Part shown: piece by piece, positions 1 through 9,317 of the stretch
How positions within the stretch are numbered: position 1 is the stretch's first letter
How the letters are laid out: each line of letters starts with the position of its first letter
IMG/VR virus record: IMGVR_UViG_3300017783_000027
Coordinates: 1-54,818 of that record
DNA length: 54,818 nucleotides
Reading direction: 5' to 3' (one strand)
Source of the DNA: a virus
Lineage: Duplodnaviria; Caudoviricetes
Notes under the pieces: model-generated
The model's input: the letters and a program-made list of their open reading frames with translations, nothing else
Told to the model about the DNA's origin: nothing
The model's database searches: none
Translations under genes and position numbers: made by a program

Positions 1-1
1 A

Positions 2-277
2 AAAATACAAGTTGATTTAGAAGTTGATACATCAATCAAAGACCTTGGTGTAAATCCATATGCTAAATTAATTCATATGGCAAGAGCTGTTGACGCTTGG
101 AGAATATTTCCAAGATTGTTCTTAACAGTTTACATTATATTATTATACAAATGCGTAATATGGTATATGAACTTATCTGCTCCGACTATGGAACAGAGTG
201 GCTTAATCAGTATCGTTGTTGGTGCTGGCGCAGCCTGGTTTGGTCTATACACAGGAACAAGTAAGAGTAAGAAATAA
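2..277 (+). CDS. 5'-truncated small membrane protein (two hydrophobic helices; holin-like possible)
   Basis: Frame is open from base 2 (KIQVDLEVDTSIKDLG...) into the track ORF 77..277; hydrophobic segments FPRLFLTVYIILLY and GLISIVVGAGAAWFGLY; basic C-terminus. Confidence 0.6.
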   Translation, partial: KIQVDLEVDTSIKDLGVNPYAKLIHMARAVDAWRIFPRLFLTVYIILLYKCVIWYMNLSAPTMEQSGLISIVVGAGAAWFGLYTGTSKSKK

Positions 278-405
278 TGGATTGGGTAACAGCAGACTTA
301 TTACAAGTAATCAACGAGACAAGTTGGTTTGATGGCATAGGCACAATAGTTGTTTTACTAGGTGCATACGCTATTTACAAATACATCAACAAAAGGTTTA
401 AATAG
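277..405 (+). CDS. 42-aa single-pass membrane microprotein
   Basis: ATG overlaps the upstream stop (TAATG); MDWVTADLLQVINETSWFDGIGTIVVLLGAYAIYKYINKRFK; fills the gap to the next gene exactly. Confidence 0.65.
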   Translation: MDWVTADLLQVINETSWFDGIGTIVVLLGAYAIYKYINKRFK

Positions 406-407
406 AA

Positions 408-2213
408 ATGTCAACAGCATTAGCAGTCGTAGAAGAAATGCAATCAAAAGTAGGTGGCGCCCTAGTAGGTGGTTCTGCTACTGTTATGAGGCAAGACGAG
501 CCGAGAGACAGTCATATTGGTATTCAATTACTTGAACAGTTAAGAGATTTACAATTGAAAACTGTACAAGGTATCACTAGAGTGTACGACTTGCTAAACA
601 GAATGCTGAACTTTGACAAAGCAGAGGCACGTAGAGCAAGAGATAATGCAGACGCTAATCTATTGACTGGTCCAGCAGGATTAGGTAATGATAATGATAT
701 TGATGGCAACCTTGACGCAAGAGACAATTCTGGTGGTGGTATAGGTAACTTTGCTTCAGCAGCCGGTGGTGGACTTGTAAGTGGTCTATTATTAGCATTA
801 AAGAAAAGACTTACAAAAATATTTCAACCTTTAATAAACTTCTTTGGTAAGGCAGGACCTTTTGGTAGAGTATTTGCCAGACTAGCAGTTTTATTACCAT
901 TCTTAGGTAGATTTGGTCCTATTGGTCTTGTGATTACAGGTATTCAATTGTTAATGTATTATATGGATGAGATTGTTGAGGCTTTATCGCCAGTGCTTGA
1001 CCTCATTGATAAAATGTGGACAGCAGTTAAACCATTATTTGACGCCATACTAGTAGTCGCAGATAAAGTTATTAAATTAGGTCTTGCAAGCATAGGTACT
1101 GGTATAGAGATTGCAGCTGGTCTAATCGGTACAACATTTGATACATTTTTAGCAAGTCTAAACTTTGTTAGTGACTTGATATGGGGAATTGTAACAGGTG
1201 ATATGGAATTAATCAAAGAGGCATGGACAACAATCAAGGCTGAGTTTACAAGGATTGGTAATGATATTATCGGTGTATTTACAGGTGCCTTTGATAATTT
1301 AATTGCAAAGATTGAAAAGATTTTTAACATAGATGATTTAGTAGGCACAGTAACAACAGCCTTTAATGACATGGTAGCATGGTTTAAAGCAATAGGTTTA
1401 GCAATTTACAATCCTGAAACAGGTGCATTATTTGGTTACACATGGGACATGGTCAAGGGAAGTATAACAGATACCTTTGATAGTATGGTCACATGGTTCA
1501 GTAATTTAGGTAAGAAAATTTATAACAGTGAAACAGGAGAGTTATTTGGTTATCAATTACCTGAACTACCAAGTTTAGATGACATTGGTACTTGGTTTGG
1601 TGATTTAGGCAAAAAAGTTTACAATCCTGAAACAGGCGAGTTGTTTGGTTATCAATTACCAGCAATGCCTAGTTTATCAGACATTGGCACTTGGTTCAGT
1701 GATTTAGGTAATAAGGTGTACAATGGCGAAACTAATTCACTATTTGGTTATCAATTACCTGAACTACCAACTTTGTCAACTATGTTTGATAAGATAAAAG
1801 AAATAAGAAACAAGATTTATGACCCCGAAACAGGTAAGATATTTGGTTTTACAATGCCATCATTTAGTGACTTTGAATTACCTAATATTGGTGACATGAT
1901 TAAGAAAGTATTTGCTAGTATATTACCATCGCCTGATAGTTGGTTATTCAAATTTTTACCAGATGGTATGAAACAAATGTCAACAGATGTTGCAGCTGCA
2001 GAATCAGCAACTCTTTCAGGTACAGTTGAATCTATGCCTAATAAAATGAATCCTAATGAAATGAAAGCGGCTGATGTGGGTGGTACAACAATTGTTAAAG
2101 TTGACGGCAATAATAACTCAACAGCAACAACAAATAATCAAACTATACAAACAGCACCTTTAGACACAGGTCAGAAGTTGGCAAAGAAACAAGGTTTTGC
2201 TCCGTTAGGTTAA
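408..2213 (+). CDS. tape-measure-like / baseplate hub tail-length protein
   Basis: 601 aa, amphipathic helical W/F-periodic segments, central hydrophobic region, internal 33-aa repeats; sits next to gp4/gp48. Confidence 0.55.
   Translation: MSTALAVVEEMQSKVGGALVGGSATVMRQDEPRDSHIGIQLLEQLRDLQLKTVQGITRVYDLLNRMLNFDKAEARRARDNADANLLTGPAGLGNDNDIDGNLDARDNSGGGIGNFASAAGGGLVSGLLLALKKRLTKIFQPLINFFGKAGPFGRVFARLAVLLPFLGRFGPIGLVITGIQLLMYYMDEIVEALSPVLDLIDKMWTAVKPLFDAILVVADKVIKLGLASIGTGIEIAAGLIGTTFDTFLASLNFVSDLIWGIVTGDMELIKEAWTTIKAEFTRIGNDIIGVFTGAFDNLIAKIEKIFNIDDLVGTVTTAFNDMVAWFKAIGLAIYNPETGALFGYTWDMVKGSITDTFDSMVTWFSNLGKKIYNSETGELFGYQLPELPSLDDIGTWFGDLGKKVYNPETGELFGYQLPAMPSLSDIGTWFSDLGNKVYNGETNSLFGYQLPELPTLSTMFDKIKEIRNKIYDPETGKIFGFTMPSFSDFELPNIGDMIKKVFASILPSPDSWLFKFLPDGMKQMSTDVAAAESATLSGTVESMPNKMNPNEMKAADVGGTTIVKVDGNNNSTATTNNQTIQTAPLDTGQKLAKKQGFAPLG
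1521..1850 (+). repeat. 99-bp (33-aa) tandem coding repeat YNxETGxLFGYQLPxLPSL
   Basis: Units start at 1521, 1620, 1719 and 1818; a related unit lies at 1407. Confidence 0.9.
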
Positions 2214-2641
2214 TACTTACCTAATTCTTTTTCTGTAATAAGTTTAAATTCCATATTATTGTGTTCACAATAGGCTCTTGCAGCCTTCCATTTTGCCTGA
2301 TTTTTGACATACTCAAATGACTCACGTAGATAGACTTTAGACTTTTTAGTAGGTGGTTTTGGTGGTTTACATTGACGATAAGGTTTTATCTCTATCATAA
2401 ACTTCTTGCCTTTACCAGTTTTTATGATAAAGTCAGGAAAATACCTATGATATCTCTTATCAATGGGATTATAGTATCGTACAGGCAATTCTTCACTTGC
2501 CCAATGTGTAATATCTTTATTTGAGTCACAATATAACATAAATCTCTTCTCTAAAAGAGACCTATACACGATACCTTTAGGGTCGCCGACATATTTGCTT
2601 GGATTGACTGGTTTGAATAAACCCTTGTAACTCTTTCTCAT
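2210..2641 (-). CDS. gp4: head completion protein gp4 (TnsA-like endonuclease fold)
   Basis: YKGxFKPxNPxKYxGD, IVYRSLLE, YFPDF, IEIKP, NQAKW motifs; start moved to the ATG of MRKSYKG at 2641. Confidence 0.9.
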   Translation of the reverse strand: MRKSYKGLFKPVNPSKYVGDPKGIVYRSLLEKRFMLYCDSNKDITHWASEELPVRYYNPIDKRYHRYFPDFIIKTGKGKKFMIEIKPYRQCKPPKPPTKKSKVYLRESFEYVKNQAKWKAARAYCEHNNMEFKLITEKELGKY

Positions 2642-2658
2642 AATGTACCTATAACTTA

Positions 2659-2666
2659 TATAAATA
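2659..2666 (+). promoter_or_regulatory. T4-type late promoter TATAAATA
   Basis: Exact consensus upstream of the GAGGA RBS and gp48. Confidence 0.8.
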
Positions 2667-2692
2667 TTACTAACTAGAGGATATTTAGGCAT

Positions 2693-3832
2693 ATGGGATT
2701 AAAGACATTTAAAGCAGCGGCCGGTGGGTTATTCAATTCAGCAGTAGCTAAAGGCGCTGAAGTTGTAGGCAACGCATTAACAGGACAAACATCAGGATTT
2801 GACAATCAACAAGGTAAAGTATCAGCCGAGTTGTTAGACAAATCTCCTTATGAAGTACCTGATAGTCCACAAGAGAAACTAAAAAGAAATCCATTAAAGT
2901 TTTCAACAGTACAATATCCACTTGACCTTGGTACGAATGAATTAGGACATTATATTCTATTTCTTATCAAAGAGGCAAGAACAAATAAAGGATATGCCGA
3001 GGCAGACATAGGAAATTCAGTAGGTCAATCACTACACGGAGACCAAGATGGTGCTTCAGATTATACTACTACAGCAAAGGCAAGAAAGTCAAGTATCAAC
3101 GAAACATCAAGTAACGGCTCTGTAAATAGTAGATTACCAGGTTCAGAGAACACAACAGCCGCTATATCAATCTATATGCCACCAGGTATTAAAGTGAGTT
3201 ATGGACAATCATACGAAAGTGAAAGTATGAATTTGACAGGTGATATTATGGCGTCACTAGATAAGGCAGGTGAGGCCGAAACTTCTGCTGGAAAAGTAAA
3301 TGCAGTATTAGAGGGTGTTGTTGGTGGTGGTACACGTTACGCAAAAGGTTTATTATCAGAGGCAGTTAACTTTGCCGGTGCAGGTGACCCCGTAAGATTA
3401 GGTATGAAACGTGCCGGTGTTGCAATGAATCCAAGAGACGAACAGTTTTACAATGCGCCAGAGTATAGAGGTTTTGAATACACATTTGATTTCTGGCCTA
3501 GAAGTAAAGAAGAATTAAAACATGTACAAGATATTATATTCATGTTCAAATATCACAGTGCTCCAGGTTTATCAGCTGAGGGTGCAGGTGCCATGTTCCA
3601 TATTCCTAGTAAATTTGAAATACAATATTTAAATCATGGTAAACAAAACACATATCTTAATAAGATTGCAAATTGTTATTGTAAATCTGTTGCAGTTGAT
3701 TATGGTCCTGATGGTCAAAACTCATTCTTTGAAAGAGATTTCAAAGGTGCTTCGCCTGTACACTACAAAATGACTGTAACATTTATAGAAGACAAATACA
3801 TCACTAAATCAGATATATTAAGAGGTTACTAA
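2693..3832 (+). CDS. gp48: baseplate tail tube cap gp48
   Basis: YPLDL, IYMP, NP..EQFY..P..R.F.YTFDFWPRSKEE, P..F.I.Y motifs; precedes gp53. Confidence 0.85.
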   Translation: MGLKTFKAAAGGLFNSAVAKGAEVVGNALTGQTSGFDNQQGKVSAELLDKSPYEVPDSPQEKLKRNPLKFSTVQYPLDLGTNELGHYILFLIKEARTNKGYAEADIGNSVGQSLHGDQDGASDYTTTAKARKSSINETSSNGSVNSRLPGSENTTAAISIYMPPGIKVSYGQSYESESMNLTGDIMASLDKAGEAETSAGKVNAVLEGVVGGGTRYAKGLLSEAVNFAGAGDPVRLGMKRAGVAMNPRDEQFYNAPEYRGFEYTFDFWPRSKEELKHVQDIIFMFKYHSAPGLSAEGAGAMFHIPSKFEIQYLNHGKQNTYLNKIANCYCKSVAVDYGPDGQNSFFERDFKGASPVHYKMTVTFIEDKYITKSDILRGY

Positions 3833-4371
3833 TGAGATATTTTGCAGACTTACCAAAAATAAATTACGATATAGAAGCCAACGGCAGTTTAAAGTTGGTG
3901 CCTGATATATTCAGACGTGTCAAAATCAGAAGTAAGATTAAAGACAATGTTATGTTGTTTGACAAGTATGATATTGATTCAGGTGAGAAACCAGAAGATG
4001 TAGCATTCAAAGTATATGGTGACCCAGCATTTCATTGGGTTATATTGTTGACAAATAATATTGTAAACAGATATTACGAATGGCCGTTAAGTGAGTATGA
4101 TTTTCAAAAATATGTTGAAGATAAGTACACTAATCCAGGTGCAATACATCACTACGAAGTAACACAATCTAGTGGAAAGCAAAAGGGAGACGGTCCTGGT
4201 GACTACCAGACACACAAAATTGAGGTTAATAGTGATTATGTTGGTGCAGAGGCAGTATCTAATATTGAATATGAACGAAGAATACAAGATAATATAAGAC
4301 AGATACAGATATTAAGTCCAGAGTATTTACAGACTTTCATCAACGAGTATAAAGCATTGATTAGAAGATAA
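3832..4371 (+). CDS. gp53: baseplate wedge protein gp53
   Basis: MRYF..LP.I.Y, GEKPEDVAFKVYGD..FHWVILLTN, EWPL, IHHYE. Confidence 0.9.
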   Translation: MRYFADLPKINYDIEANGSLKLVPDIFRRVKIRSKIKDNVMLFDKYDIDSGEKPEDVAFKVYGDPAFHWVILLTNNIVNRYYEWPLSEYDFQKYVEDKYTNPGAIHHYEVTQSSGKQKGDGPGDYQTHKIEVNSDYVGAEAVSNIEYERRIQDNIRQIQILSPEYLQTFINEYKALIRR

Positions 4372-4375
4372 TGAC

Positions 4376-5839
4376 ATGGCAACAGATATATTAAAAAAAG
4401 CAGGTGAATATAACCTAGAACAAGTAGAATTAATATCATATAGAAACCACGGCGAAGAGGGCGGTGTTATTACTATGGATATTAAACCGATTACCATTCA
4501 GGTAGAGTTACTAGAAGATTTATCACAACATTTCCTATCTGGCGCAATAACCGTATATGATACGCAGGATGTACGCACAGTATTACCAATCACAGGACTA
4601 GAACGACTCAAACTTAAATTCAATACACCTGGTATGCCTGGTTATTCATTTAATGAAACAGATGGTGTACCGTTTCAAGTGTATAAGATAGAACAAGTAA
4701 AGATTGACGATAGTTATAATCGTGGTCAATTCTATAAGATTCACTTTACATCTCCTGAAGCATACTATAACGACATTACAAGAGTAAGTCAAGCGTTTGA
4801 AGGTGTTATTGAGGACGCAGTTGATAAGTTATTAAGACAAAAGAATTTTCTCAACAGTCAAAAACATCTATATTTTGAGCCAACTAAATCAAATACAAAG
4901 AACGTAATACCAAACCTTAAACCAGTAGAGGTGATTAACTTCCTTGCTAAACAGGCAAGGTCAAGTCTTTACGCAAATACAGGTTACATGTTCTATGAGA
5001 CGGCGCAAGGGTTTAACTTTAGAAGTTTAGAGTCTATGCTAGCAATAGGTGGTGCAAAGGCAAGACCAAGTAGATGGTCATTTTACCACCAATTGAACAA
5101 CGTACAACCTGATAATGTGGTCATGCAGATGAACAGTGTAAAACGATATGAGATACACAGTCCGGTCAATATGGATGAAACAATTAATTCAGGTGCATTT
5201 GCCAGTCGCCTGATTACAGTAGACCATTTTAACAAGAAGGTGGCAACGAATGATTTTGATTACAGCGCCAACTTCCATAAGAATTTTCATACTGAACACA
5301 CTAACGGAGACAAATCAGATAATAAAATGATATTGCCATTACATAAATTTGGTGATACAAACAAGGATTTGTCACAAATGCCAATGGCCAAGTTAATGGT
5401 GCATAGTGAGACAGCAAAGAAACATGATAGTTATGATGATATACCACAAACAGACCTGGTACAATCACAGAATAGTCAACGAATTATGTTAATGCAAAAC
5501 AATATAGTCATGTTGGTCAATGGTATTACCTTGTTAAGATGTGGTGACATTGTAGATTTCAATATGCCATTGATGAGACCAGTATTAGACAAGAAAGAAG
5601 AGACCAATCCATATCATGCAGGACGATACCTAATTAAATCTATTAAACATACAATATCAGTAGAGGCAGGTAAACATGACATGGTATTACATTGTATGAA
5701 AGATTCAGTAGCGTCACCATTACCAGTAGAGACAAACGCAGTACAGATTACACCAAAGGATAGGTCAACGGCCAGTACAGTTTACCAAGAAGACGAGGCA
5801 ATCTTAGCCCGCCTTTCAGATAGTATGGGAAGTACATAA
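4376..5839 (+). CDS. putative baseplate hub protein (gp27-like)
   Basis: Between gp53 and gp5; LPITGLE, FYETAQGFNFRSLE, GRYLIKSIKH motifs typical of contractile-tail hub proteins. Confidence 0.65.
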   Translation: MATDILKKAGEYNLEQVELISYRNHGEEGGVITMDIKPITIQVELLEDLSQHFLSGAITVYDTQDVRTVLPITGLERLKLKFNTPGMPGYSFNETDGVPFQVYKIEQVKIDDSYNRGQFYKIHFTSPEAYYNDITRVSQAFEGVIEDAVDKLLRQKNFLNSQKHLYFEPTKSNTKNVIPNLKPVEVINFLAKQARSSLYANTGYMFYETAQGFNFRSLESMLAIGGAKARPSRWSFYHQLNNVQPDNVVMQMNSVKRYEIHSPVNMDETINSGAFASRLITVDHFNKKVATNDFDYSANFHKNFHTEHTNGDKSDNKMILPLHKFGDTNKDLSQMPMAKLMVHSETAKKHDSYDDIPQTDLVQSQNSQRIMLMQNNIVMLVNGITLLRCGDIVDFNMPLMRPVLDKKEETNPYHAGRYLIKSIKHTISVEAGKHDMVLHCMKDSVASPLPVETNAVQITPKDRSTASTVYQEDEAILARLSDSMGST

Positions 5840-5925
5840 TGTTTAAGTTCCGATTTCCGACAGTAGCTGGCAACCTCTGTACATATGAGATAAGTAATAA
5901 TGAAACAAGTAAAGGTTAAGCAGGT

Positions 5926-6234
5926 ATGATAGGTAAAGTATATGAGATAGCCAACGAGATACTACGAGGTAGGACTGATAAGAAAAAACAATCAGCATCC
6001 TCTCAAAGGTCAGAGGCCAAGTTTCTACGAGACTTATCACACAATACACCGAATAGTGACATGTTTGATGAGTTAGGTAAGTATGAGTGGATGGACTATG
6101 AGGGTCTTAAACGAGATTCTAGTGGAATGCGAAATGCTTTAAATAGATACGGAAATAGAAGTTTACGCACTTGGAACGTATTGATACCATTGAGTATTTT
6201 AATTGTAGGATTGGGAGTTTTACTTTGCGTATGA
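5926..6234 (+). CDS. hypothetical protein with C-terminal hydrophobic anchor
   Basis: 102-aa ORF fills the hub-gp5 gap; no recognisable motif. Confidence 0.45.
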   Translation: MIGKVYEIANEILRGRTDKKKQSASSQRSEAKFLRDLSHNTPNSDMFDELGKYEWMDYEGLKRDSSGMRNALNRYGNRSLRTWNVLIPLSILIVGLGVLLCV

Positions 6235-6303
6235 AATATTTAAATAGTCGTTTATTGCGTATAGCAAGCGTATTAAAAGGCGACATATATGAAGGAAAAA
6301 TAA

Positions 6304-7380
6304 ATGGCTGACGAGAATTTTTTAGGACGGAATGGGTTTTATACCTTTACTGGCGTTGTTGAGGACAGGCAAGACCCTCAATATGCAGGCCGTTTACGTG
6401 TTCGTTGTATAGGAATTCATACAGATGACAAGCAGACATTACCAACGGCCGACTTGCCGTGGGCCAGTATCATAATGCCTGTTACATCTAGTGGGATATC
6501 AGGTCTTGGTGAGTCTCCGTCTTTCCTTGTAGAGGGAACGTGGTGTTTTGGGTACTTTAGAGACGGCATATCGCAACAGGAACCAGTGGTATTGGGCAGT
6601 TTACCTGGCCGGCCATCAGAGTTATCTTCTCCTTCTAAAGGTTTCTATGACCCTAACGGTGTTTATCCCAAGTATAAGGATGAGACGGATGTAAATAGGT
6701 TGGCCGTTAATGGTGTGGATGAACATCTTTCTTTGACATTACGTAAGCTGGCACGTACTACAGGTATTGCTACGGCAGACTTTAATAGTAAGACTAATGC
6801 TGATTCGTCTGTAATGGAGGCAAGTGATTCGGATACATGGGACCAGCCAGAGATACCATACAATGCAACTTACCCTTACAATCATGTATATGAGACCGAA
6901 TCAGGCCATATCAGAGAATATGACGACACGAAGGACAATGAACGTATCTATGAGGCCCACATGTCAGGCACCTCATATGAAATAGACAAAGACGGTAATA
7001 AGGTAGATATAATAAAGGGCAGCCATTATACCATAGTTTCAACCAATAGTCAAGCACAAATACGAGGCAATTCGGATATCACACTAGATGGCAGGCACAA
7101 GTTATATATTAACAAGAGTGGTCAATTAAATAACCATTATGATATACAAGTAGGACCTAATGCAAGTATTAATATACAAGTTGACACAGGCGATATAAAC
7201 CTAGTCACAGTTGCTGGTAAGGTAAATGTCAACGCAGGTGGTGACTATAACCTCAAGGTTGGTGGTAATATGACTGTAGATGTAGAAGGCCATTACTTAG
7301 AGAACGTCAGCGAGACAAGAACACAGAATACTACCAAAGAGTCAGTCATAAGAGGTAGAAGAATAGACCTAAACCCTTAA
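6304..7380 (+). CDS. gp5: baseplate central spike gp5 (OB-fold plus short beta-helix, no lysozyme domain)
   Basis: FTGVVEDRQDP..GRLRVRC, LPTADLPWA, YPYNHVYETESGH..EYDDT, C-terminal RIDLN. Confidence 0.9.
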   Translation: MADENFLGRNGFYTFTGVVEDRQDPQYAGRLRVRCIGIHTDDKQTLPTADLPWASIIMPVTSSGISGLGESPSFLVEGTWCFGYFRDGISQQEPVVLGSLPGRPSELSSPSKGFYDPNGVYPKYKDETDVNRLAVNGVDEHLSLTLRKLARTTGIATADFNSKTNADSSVMEASDSDTWDQPEIPYNATYPYNHVYETESGHIREYDDTKDNERIYEAHMSGTSYEIDKDGNKVDIIKGSHYTIVSTNSQAQIRGNSDITLDGRHKLYINKSGQLNNHYDIQVGPNASINIQVDTGDINLVTVAGKVNVNAGGDYNLKVGGNMTVDVEGHYLENVSETRTQNTTKESVIRGRRIDLNP

Positions 7381-7563
7381 GCTGGCCACAAGGCCACCAT
7401 GGAAAAGCGCTATAAGTTTTTGGCTTTGATTCGCTAAACTATAAATGCAATAACGTCCCTTAAACTTATATTTAACTGGATAAATATTATCACAGGAATT
7501 CCTGGAGGCCAAAATAACTCGTCCAGGATTTGATACAACAATATGAAGAGGAATGATTAAAAC

Positions 7564-7905
7564 ATGGGATTCGTAAACGGGAACAGAATGTGTTCCATCA
7601 AACTTACAAATGACGCAGTATGGGTATTAAGTGACCTTTATAAGAAATGGCACGGTGCGAAATATACAATAGTACAGAAAATACCTAATACAAGCAATCC
7701 AGTTCTTTACGGTGTCAATCCTTCAAAAAAGGATTTCTTTGGGTCACTCAACGTAGAAGTCATGCATTTGAAACAAGTTCTATGTATGAGTGAAGAAGTC
7801 TATAACGAGTTAAAATTTAAAACATTAGATGTCAAACTTACAATAGATGGTTATGTATTGTTTAATTGGTTTGACTCTTATACAAAGGATAATGAAAATG
7901 AATAA
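7564..7905 (+). CDS. hypothetical protein
   Basis: 113-aa ORF with GAGG upstream and GATAAATA late-like box at 7479. Confidence 0.6.
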   Translation: MGFVNGNRMCSIKLTNDAVWVLSDLYKKWHGAKYTIVQKIPNTSNPVLYGVNPSKKDFFGSLNVEVMHLKQVLCMSEEVYNELKFKTLDVKLTIDGYVLFNWFDSYTKDNENE

Positions 7906-8317
7906 ATTAAGAAAGATATTATGGTTTAGTTTAGGTATGTTATTAGTAGGTATTGCTATCATAGGTGTTTATCTACCTGGTCTACCATGGTCTACACCGG
8001 CCGTTGGCGCAGCCTTTTGTTTTGCAAAGTCAAGCAAACGTATGCACGATTGGATTATGAACCACAAACTCTTTGGCCCTTTCATAAAGAATTGGTCTAC
8101 AAAGAGAGTGTTTCCTACAAAGTTTAAATATGCAATGATTCTGACAATGATGTCTTCATTGTTGATTATGTATTTCACTACAGGTAATATGAAAGCAATT
8201 ATGTGGACAGGTGGCGCAATGGCTCTCTGTGCTATATGGGGTTGGAGATATCCAGGTAGTGTTGAGGAACATAAACGCAGAAAAGTCGCAGGTGAGAGGA
8301 TTGCATGGATAAGATAA
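7892..8317 (+). CDS. ybaN: YbaN/DUF454-family inner membrane protein
   Basis: GIAIIGVYLPGLP.ST, FAKSSKRMHDWIMNHKLFGPFIKNW; AAGGA RBS before ATG 7892. Confidence 0.8.
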   Translation: MKMNKLRKILWFSLGMLLVGIAIIGVYLPGLPWSTPAVGAAFCFAKSSKRMHDWIMNHKLFGPFIKNWSTKRVFPTKFKYAMILTMMSSLLIMYFTTGNMKAIMWTGGAMALCAIWGWRYPGSVEEHKRRKVAGERIAWIR

Positions 8318-8412
8318 AAGGTTTAGGGAAATACGTTCTAGGGATATTCGTTATCTTTACGTTCTTCTTTGCGTTGGCCTGTTTACTTAACTATATGCAA
8401 GGTACATTATAA
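8305..8412 (+). CDS. 35-aa membrane microprotein
   Basis: GAGAGGA RBS; MDKIKGLGKYVLGIFVIFTFFFALACLLNYMQGTL. Confidence 0.55.
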   Translation: MDKIKGLGKYVLGIFVIFTFFFALACLLNYMQGTL

Positions 8413-8414
8413 TC

Positions 8415-8506
8415 TGTCGCAGCCTTGTGAGGCTGCTTGATGTTATACATAACGGTGTAGTTCCGTCAGGAAGCTCCTAAGTACCTCTGGAAATCCGGAA
8501 AAGACA
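8415..8506. other. GC-richer intergenic multi-hairpin element (candidate structured RNA or terminator)
   Basis: GCAGCCT-tgtg-AGGCTGC at 8419-8436, TTCC-gtca-GGAA at 8461-8472, TCTGG-aaat-CCGGA at 8486-8499, possible closing TGTC/GACA. Confidence 0.4.
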
Positions 8507-8523
8507 AACTCACTAAATATTCC

Positions 8524-8673
8524 ATGGACTTACAACATGGAGTGTTACTGCTCCTGATAGGCATTCCCTTGTACGTAGTAATAATGTGTATTATACTATA
8601 CGTAGAATCACCAAAGAAGAGTAAACCTAAAGAGGAACGAAACGCCTTACAAGAGTTTAATTCACGTTTATAA
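8524..8673 (+). CDS. 49-aa single-pass membrane microprotein
   Basis: MDLQHGVLLLLIGIPLYVVIMCIILYVESPKKSKPKEERNALQEFNSRL; ACTAAATA late-like box ends 4 nt before the ATG. Confidence 0.6.
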   Translation: MDLQHGVLLLLIGIPLYVVIMCIILYVESPKKSKPKEERNALQEFNSRL

Positions 8674-8676
8674 ATA
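8669..8676 (+). promoter_or_regulatory. T4-type late promoter TATAAATA
   Basis: Exact consensus, 5 nt before the desaturase ATG. Confidence 0.8.
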
Positions 8677-8681
8677 GGTGT

Positions 8682-9317
8682 ATGAGTATGATGATTATAT
8701 TATTAGGATTTTTGTGGTATCAATTCATAAGCGTATTAGGCCTTTCTATTGGTCTACATAGATATTTTGCACATAAGCAATTTTCTTATAAGTATATGTC
8801 TTCTTTTATGGAGACTGTAACCTTGTTTCTATCCTTACTAGCAGGCTCACGGTCACCATTAGGTTGGATTGGCGCTCATAGAATTCATCACAGGTATTCT
8901 GATACAAACAAAGACCCACATAGTCCTTTACATAAAGGGTTTCTTAAAGTTCTTTTCAATCAATGGAAAGTTCGTAATATTCCTATGCGTTATGTAAGAG
9001 ACTTGTATGATAATAAAAGAATAATGTTTTTCCATAACTACTGGTTGTTTATATGGATAATCGCCGGACTCGTCACTCTGATGGTGTCTTGGAAATTCTT
9101 TTTTATATTCGTAGTATCGCCTTTCGTGTATGGCTTTCTATCTTTCGGTATTTTCAATGCCTTAGGCCATTCTAATGGTAAACCAGTGACCAATTCTTTT
9201 ATTAATCTATTGTCTGGTGGCGAAGGCCCACATGACGTTCATCATAAAAACTCAAAACAAATTAAATTAAGTAAATACGATATATCAGGAATTATAATTG
9301 AAAAGTGTTTAAGATAA
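8682..9317 (+). CDS. membrane fatty acid desaturase (delta-9, DesC/OLE1-like)
   Basis: His boxes GLHRYFAH, HRIHH, HDVHH plus DPHSP and NALGH; hydrophobic segments. Confidence 0.9.
   Translation: MSMMIILLGFLWYQFISVLGLSIGLHRYFAHKQFSYKYMSSFMETVTLFLSLLAGSRSPLGWIGAHRIHHRYSDTNKDPHSPLHKGFLKVLFNQWKVRNIPMRYVRDLYDNKRIMFFHNYWLFIWIIAGLVTLMVSWKFFFIFVVSPFVYGFLSFGIFNALGHSNGKPVTNSFINLLSGGEGPHDVHHKNSKQIKLSKYDISGIIIEKCLR

Noticed and set aside
1407-1850. CRISPR-like periodicity
   Set aside because: Repeats are in-frame, degenerate at third positions and lack unique spacers
2210-2641. TnsA-like nuclease as a transposon or homing element
   Set aside because: Motifs and position match T4 head completion gp4; no terminal repeats or other Tn7 genes
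7440-7465. ATAAATGCAATAACG resembling a tmRNA resume region
   Set aside because: No tRNA-like ends and no tag ending in AA-stop; more simply a late-promoter variant
8455-8500. GTCAGG..GGAAG resemblance to SRP RNA domain IV or a hammerhead core
   Set aside because: Conserved elements are not in the required order or pairing
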